From Podarcis filfolensis (taxonomy: Eukaryota): a stretch of DNA of 64,000 bases. Of the stretch, positions 57,375-64,000 are shown one piece after another (positions within the stretch are counted from its first letter, which is position 1; each line of letters begins with the position of its first letter). The stretch lies in the NCBI GenBank assembly GCA_964270895.1, contig OZ185437.1. One strand, given 5' to 3'. A program made the position numbers and the translations under genes. The notes beneath the pieces are model-generated. The model made no database searches. It had not been told where the DNA came from and saw only the letters and a list, made by a program, of their open reading frames with translations.

Positions 57375-58430
57375 GTTATTGTTATTGTTATTGTTATTAT
57401 TGTTATTATTATTTATTTATACCCGGCTCATCTGGCTGGGTTTCCACAGCATATATCAGAACGTACCAAAACATCAAACATGAAAAACTTCCCGATAGAG
57501 GGCTGCCTTCAGATGTATTCTAAAAGTCAGTTTATTTCCTTGACATCTGAAGGGAGGGTGTTCCGCAGGGAGGGCATCACAGTTCAGGGGCACAGTTCAG
57601 GACCAGGGAATCCCCCACACTTGCCTGCATCCTGTCCCACTAAAACAGTACTTCTGTCCTGTCAGGATTCAACCTCAATCTGCCATCCATCATCCAACTG
57701 CCTCCAGACACTCACACAGGATCTTCACTGCCTTAACTGGTTCAGATTTGAAGGAGAGGTAGAGCTGGGTATCATCCACATACTGGTGAATGCCCAGCCC
57801 AAACTCCCTGATGACCTCTCCCGGCGGCTTCATATAGATGTTAAAAAACATGGGGGAGAAGACAGAGCCCTGAGGCACCCCACAAGTGAGAGCCCAGGGG
57901 TCTGAACACTCATCCCCCAACACCACTTTCTGCACAGAGCCCAGGAGTAAGGAGCAGAATCACTGTATAACAGTGCTCCCAGCTACTCTAGACAGTCCAG
58001 AAGGATGTCATTGTCAATGGTATCAAAGGCTGCTGAGAGATCCAGCAGGACCAGGGAACAGCTTTCACTGGTCCGCTGGAGATCATCGACCAGGACAACC
58101 AAGGCCTGAATCATGATTCAACCATGATGAGGCCTGAATCCCAATTGGAAGGGATCCAAATGGTCCGTATCTTCCAGGCATGCCTGGAGTTGTTCACCCG
58201 CTCAATCACCTTGCCCAAGAATGGAAGATTTGAGACTGGGCAATAGTTGGCCATATTGGCCGGGTCCAAAGATGGTTTTTAAAGAAGCAGTTTAATAACT
58301 GCTTCTTTAACCATCACCCAGCACTTCCCGGCTTGCTTTGATGAGCCAGGATGTGCAAGGATCAAGGAGTCAGGTGGTCGGTTTCACTCATCCAAGCAGC
58401 CTTATTGTTTCATTACTTTCTGTTTGCTAT
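57340..58430 (-). mobile_element. L2 LINE fragment with RT domain and (AAT)n tail
   Basis: CGVPQGSVFSPMFFNIYMKP..IHQYVDDTQLYLSF; AAT/AAC microsatellite tail at 57340-57420. Confidence 0.82.
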
Positions 58431-59502
58431 CCTGAGCTCCTTGGGGAGGAAAGGCAGGATATAAATTTAATAAATTAATTAACTGGACGTCTTATTATTC
58501 GAGCTGATCCTTAAGATTGTGTAGACTTGTGGGAGCTTCGGTGCTAATGCTTTAATCCTTTGTAAACTTACCGGGAAGCAAGCTCAATTGAACACAGTGC
58601 GACTTATTTCCAAGTTTAAACATGTATTGGATTCTGCAGTAAATGCCTGATTGCGGAATTAAAGCATGCCAGAAAAATGAGGACAGCCTTAGTAATGATT
58701 GTGATGAGGTTTCATTTTTTAAAAAAGTAATCTAAAATGAGGAAACTGTTGTTTCTGCCATCTTTCATTGATCATGTATAGTAGCAGTGATAGCCTAGGT
58801 GCAACATTGTTCATGGGAGCAATTAATAGGCAGCTGGTGTTGATGTGTCTCAATGCTCTTCTCAGCTGGCCATTAATTGGCAGCAGATGCTATGCGCGTC
58901 TTCTACTGTTGTTGCTTAAATGTGGGACAGGCTCCTGTGAAACAGATCTGGTCATATACAGTGTTGCATAATCCACAAGTGTCTAAACCGGGCATAACTA
59001 AGAGGCATAGACAAATCTGAAACAGAAAGGAACTATATGCATGAATTTTGTTTGTTTGTTCAAAGCGTTCATGCTGGAAAAGCTTCTAGAGTGGCTTACG
59101 AATCAATAAAATAATGCAGGAGAGTCCCTGCCCTCAGATACAGAACCTAAAAAGTCATCGCTCAGAAGCAAAAGAGGAAAACAAACTTGGCCCTCAAATT
59201 CTTGACATTGCAAGGTACTTATAATTACCAGCTTGGATTGGAATGGACTGTGGGGTTTTTATTTTATTTAAAAAATGGTGGTGGTGGTGGTGGAGCAGGG
59301 TGTGGCAGCTTCTGAGAAACAGTGGCACCAATAAATAGCATCAATGACAGGAGGGAGAAACCCTGGCCTATCGCAGACATAGTGGCCGCATTTGCACATC
59401 ACGCTAAACTATGGTTTAACAACGTGCTTGAGCGAAAATGAGCATGTGTGAGCCTAATCTCAACTTGCTATTATGTGTGAACCTTCAAGCATGGGTTCAA
59501 CC

Positions 59503-59638
59503 CAGGCATAGGCAAACTCGGTGCTCCAGATGTTTTGGGACTACATCTCCCATGATCCCTAGCTAACAGGACCAGTGGCCAGGCATGATGGGAATTGTAT
59601 TCCCAAAACATCTGGAGGGCCGAGTTTGCCTATGCCTG
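59503..59638. mobile_element. Palindromic hAT MITE
   Basis: TSD GTT(C/T)AACC. Confidence 0.88.
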
Positions 59639-60875
59639 GTTTAACCCTAACTCAGGACTGAGGGATCAGATGAGAAGGTGTTCTGGAAGGGATGAAGTTA
59701 GGGAAAGGGAATGCATGTCCACCGTGCTGGGTTTTGTTCTGCAAATCATGGTTTTCAGGAAGCCAGTGCATGCTTGGAGTGTATATTTGTTTACCCAAGC
59801 CAGTTTTGTCACACTTTTGCTCTGGTGTTGGATTGGAGTTGATTCAGTCAACTTAACTTGTGCAGTGTGCTACGTTGTAATATGATTCAATGGCTTTGTA
59901 GGGTTAGTCGGATTGTGAAAGACATTTGACTCTGATAGTTGGCTGGCAAGTACTTTCTAGTGCAGTCTGGCTAAGCTGACATCACTCAGGAATGGCTGGT
60001 ATAATGTGGTTCACAAATGTGAACAGAGTTGTGTTTTTCTTGTTTGAAATACACCTGAGCCCATGAAGTTGATCCCATGGCAGACGCTGGTTTGGAGGCC
60101 ACATTTTTCTCATAATTGGGTTGGGCCTGCATACTTTAGGGGGCACTTTGTCCCTCCTGCAGTCTGTGAAACTAACTGGGGTCGTCTCTTGGTATAGTGT
60201 TACTCAAGCCGCTACATTTTTAAAATTCTTGCCAAACTTTTCTGCACACTGAACCACCTGAGAGACAATGTGCGGCCCAGATTCATTTCTTAATGAAGGC
60301 ACCAGTCTGAGTGCTGCTTTCACATTTTTCAAAATGATTGACTAGCTGTCTTCCTTTTAAGACCTTGGGAATTAAATGAGATCTGGTTTTGGGCTGGCAG
60401 AAGAAAGGTATCCTTGCACAACAGCTAAAATTAGAGCGAATTGTTTAAAAGGTACTTTTACCTTTTTGGTTCACTATGGCCCAGCATCAAAGGGCCTACC
60501 TTGTCAAGTATTAATACTCATGTTGCTATCATGGAACCTTTTGTAATCATAAACCACACATCCTTTTCCTCCTGGTATGTTTTATTATTCACTCGGTTAA
60601 CCGCATAGCTGTATCCTATAGTTCCTTATTGGCAACTGTGACAGTTTAATCAAGGCAGCTGCAACAATCATTATTTGAAGTCAGCTTTGTTTGAAACTCA
60701 CTAAACATCATGTTAGTCATAGTTTGTTGGTCTGGATGATGCAGCAAACCGTGGTTAATAAAAAGTGGAAGGGAAAGAGTCCAAACTCCTTCACCTGACT
60801 GCGCCAGAGGGGCAGGATACACAAACCTGGGGAAAGGGTCTGCTCATTTACATATCACTAAACTATAGTTTAGCG

Positions 60876-61011
60876 CAGGCATCCCCAAACTCGGTCCTTC
60901 AGATGTTTTGGGACTACAACTCCCATCATCCTGAGCTAACAGGACCAGTGGTCAGGGATGATGGGAACTATAGTCCCAAAACATCTGGAGGACTGAATTT
61001 GGGGATGCTTG
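60876..61011. mobile_element. Palindromic hAT MITE
   Basis: 8-bp TSD GTTTAGCG. Confidence 0.9.
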
Positions 61012-62273
61012 GTTTAGCGTGACATCCATACACTACTACTGAATCAAATGGTTGGTCCACCTGACTCATCATTGTCCAGATTGACTGCAGCAGCTTTCCA
61101 GGGTTTCATACTGGGGTCTTTCTCAGTTCTGCTTGGAGAGGCTGAGGATTGGAACTCAAGACTCTGCATTTATAGCATGTGTTCTGCATCTGAACTCTGG
61201 CTCTTCTTCCCCAAGAATGTCCTTTGGTTTTTGCAGTAGAACGTGTCTGGAACTGTATTGGGGCAGCCTGGAGCAACTTAAATTATTTTGTTTAAAACAG
61301 TGCAGCTGGGTAAGTTTCCATTTCGAATTGCAACACCATTTCCTTCCCATTTGACGCTGTCATTTGTGCTACAACACAGACACACTTTCTTTAGTACTTT
61401 TCCGAATACAAGGGGATGTGTTCCCCTTGTGATCAAGGATCACTTCCTTGATGGAAGTGGCCGGAGCATCTAGCCCCTTTTGAGTTACAGCAGATGTTGA
61501 CAAGCAAGGAGAATACAATATCATTATAGTGTGACCAACTTGCATCTAGGGTTAATGAAGTAGCAGGATTAAGCAAGCAATAAGAATGCAACCATGCTAT
61601 TGGCATTAAGGACCTTTTGTTTCTTTCACAGCACAGTCGATAGAGCATGAGACTCAATCTCAGGGATGTGAGTTCGAGCCCAATGTTGGGCAAAAAAATT
61701 CTTTCATTGAAGGGGTTGGACTAGATTACTTTCATGGTCCTGTCCAACACTATGATTCTATGGCTTGGACATTTTTGCCCTGAGACGGTGGACATGGTTA
61801 TTTTACATTTACACCTGCGTTATGATATCTCCAGCTAAGATGTTAGATAGAGTTCCTAGCTTTTTCTTCCTTTACTCCTTTTCAGGATGTGCATAAAAAC
61901 GTGGAGGTCCACCCTACTGGACCATTCAGCAATGGTTCTCCATGATTTCTCTCCCAGGCCTATCTGGAGATGCCAGAGATGGCACCTGGGACCTTCTGCA
62001 TGCAAAGCAGTTGTTCTACCATGGAGCTATGGCCCTTCCTCAAAGAGCATGATTTCATGAATTCAGGGTAACCTTCTCATTTCTCCCCGCTGTATACAGA
62101 GCTCATTTGAAATCCATAGGTAAAGTTTGCATCCTTGCCCTAAGCAACTTAGCACTCATTGGAAGTCCTTTGTTTTATGTAGGGCAATTTATATTTAACA
62201 CAAATGCGAATGGTCTGCCCTAGATAACGCATTTCCTCTGCTCCTGTCTTGAATTGATTTAAAGTTGTATATA

Positions 62274-62513
62274 CAGTGGTACCTCGGGTTAAGTACTTAA
62301 TTCGTTCCGGAGGTCCGTTCTTAACCTGAAACTGTTCTTAACCTGAAGCACCACTTTAGCTAATGGGGCCTCCCGCTGCTGCCGTGCCGCCGGAGCACGA
62401 TTTCTGTTCTCATCCTGAAGCAAAGTTCTTAACCTGAAGCACTATTTCTGGGTTAGCAGTCTGTAACCCGAAGTGTATGTAACCTGAAGCGTATGTAACC
62501 CGAGGTACCACCG
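62274..62513. mobile_element. Tc1/mariner-type MITE
   Basis: Same TIRs, TA TSD. Confidence 0.9.
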
Positions 62514-64000
62514 TAATTCGGAGAGGTGATCCCAGGCTGATCACACCAGGGATTTTTGCTTGTTGAGTTCTGCAATGAAGAATTCCAGAATTGTGCAGTA
62601 GGGAAGGTCTAATCCTGTGCTCTGAATATAATATTCAAATTGATCTCTGTGATGCAGATTTGCATGCCATACAGATTAAGGCCACCAGTTCTGTAACTGC
62701 TTTTGTTTCTGAACTTTGGAAGTGTCGTCAGGCTTGAAACACCTGGGTTTAGATTGAGGTCGTTGGTGAAAGGATTTGTAATTGAGGAAGGCTGGAGAAA
62801 GTGACTTTATTATGATTGCTGTTACTTCTGCTGGCTTGCTGTCAACAGGGGAATGAATTAATCTCTAACTACTTGGCCTGCAGGGTCTCGGTGCTTGAAA
62901 CTTGAGAGCTTGAGGCATCTTCTGCAACAGCTGCTAAAGACTGAGAAAATGCCTATGATTACAGAATTGCAGAAACTACAAGTCCCTGCCTGTTAATTTG
63001 TGAGAATGCACTCTTTAAATGCGCATCGTCCGTACGCTTGAGCGAAGGAGCAGAGCCACCTTAAGGTCTTGCAGGGTCTTGGGAGGGTAAAATGGGGTGT
63101 TTGGCTTCAGCAACCTGCCCTCAATCCTGTCCTCTTCACCCCTCCCCCAAAACTAGGACTTTAGTATTTCCACAATTAATTTCGCTGCAGTTGCCCTTCT
63201 GCAAGAACACAAGCTCTTTAAGTGAGTAGGCAAGCATATGTTTACAAGGCTGAGTAGCCACAAGCATTCACTTACATGACACATTCCTGCCAGGCTTGTT
63301 GCATCAAATTGTGCCGTTTCTGCTCAGGAAAAGAACTCAGGAAATGCCTGGAAATCACTCAGGCTGGCCATTTGCACTCTAAGCAATGAACTGATTGGTA
63401 TAAGCAAACAAACAAAACCTCTTTGGTAATGGATCCTCTTGTCAAAGTGGCCAGAGAGGGGAAGGCATAGTCTCCATAAGAGATTGGCAGTGAAAATGGT
63501 GAGAACACTTGGAACAGCTCTGATATAAAGAGAAATGCAAGAAACCTCTTTTTTTTTAGAGTAGGTAGTAAATAATAAAAGGATAGCACAAATGATATAA
63601 AAATGTGATGAATGCTGGGGGAGAGATGTGTCAGGTTTTCTTATGTAGTATTTCTTTTTGCATTACAAAATCAGTTAAGCATTGACAGGTTCCCATTTGA
63701 AAGATCCCAAAGCCCCCCTTTTATTTTATTCTCCCCCGCTTCCTATTTGTAGAGCTCTGTTGGTTTTATTTAAAATAGGAGCAGGCTTGGGATTCCCATG
63801 TGGGCTGCTGCAATGGGATTGAATACGGTTGGAGAAAAGCATTTTGCTTTGAGCTGCTGGGATTACTATTTTTTAAATTCGTTGCATTTTTTAAAAATCC
63901 CACCATCTTTCCAAAACGTTCAGGGCAGCAATGGAAAGAAGAGAGGTAGCCCACAATTTGCTAAGCTCTCGCCATAAGCATCCTCAAAGGATGAAAAGCA

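Noticed and set aside
57168-57905. 245-aa ORF with a poly-Ile/Val transmembrane-like run
   Set aside because: It is the antisense frame of an L2 fragment crossing its ATT/GTT microsatellite tail
4781-62513. Dispersed near-identical repeats and ORFs ending FRLQTPLTQK as a possible array or CRISPR-like system
   Set aside because: They are TIR/TA-bounded MITE copies scattered kilobases apart, with no repeat-spacer periodicity, in a eukaryotic genome

Overview
Vertebrate genomic DNA, almost certainly from a lacertid-type lizard (Sauria SINEs and squamate-type SINE/LINE/MITE families). The main feature is a complete CENPF (centromere protein F) gene on the minus strand. I assembled 16 coding exons by hand (37299 down to 8009). 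All introns are GT-AG, the phases are compatible, and the CDS is 7869 nt (2622 aa plus stop), ending in the CAAX motif CHVQ. Its promoter (~40.6-41.0 kb) carries CHR, CCAAT and E2F motifs. About 11.5 kb upstream, a CpG island with a plus-strand non-coding first exon (donor at 52876) is most likely PTPN14, by the known head-to-head PTPN14-CENPF synteny; no coding exon of it is in the window. The rest is intronic or intergenic DNA dense in transposons: Sauria and Squam3-like SINEs, CR1/L2/L1/RTE fragments, nine copies of a TA-targeting Tc1/mariner-type MITE, hAT MITEs with 8-bp TSDs, and two solo LTRs with 5-bp TSDs. I found no new multi-gene system. The most interesting signal is a remodelled CENP-F. 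Compared with the human protein (recalled from memory, not aligned computationally) it is ~490 aa shorter, has one copy instead of two of the C-terminal tandem repeat, and appears to lack three internal exons. It has also lost the KGFADIP (Miro-binding) motif and the C-terminal KEN box while keeping the LDKYC kinetochore cysteine, the basic NLS-like clusters and the CAAX box. Secondary candidates are transposon-derived regulatory modules around the shared CENPF/PTPN14 upstream region.
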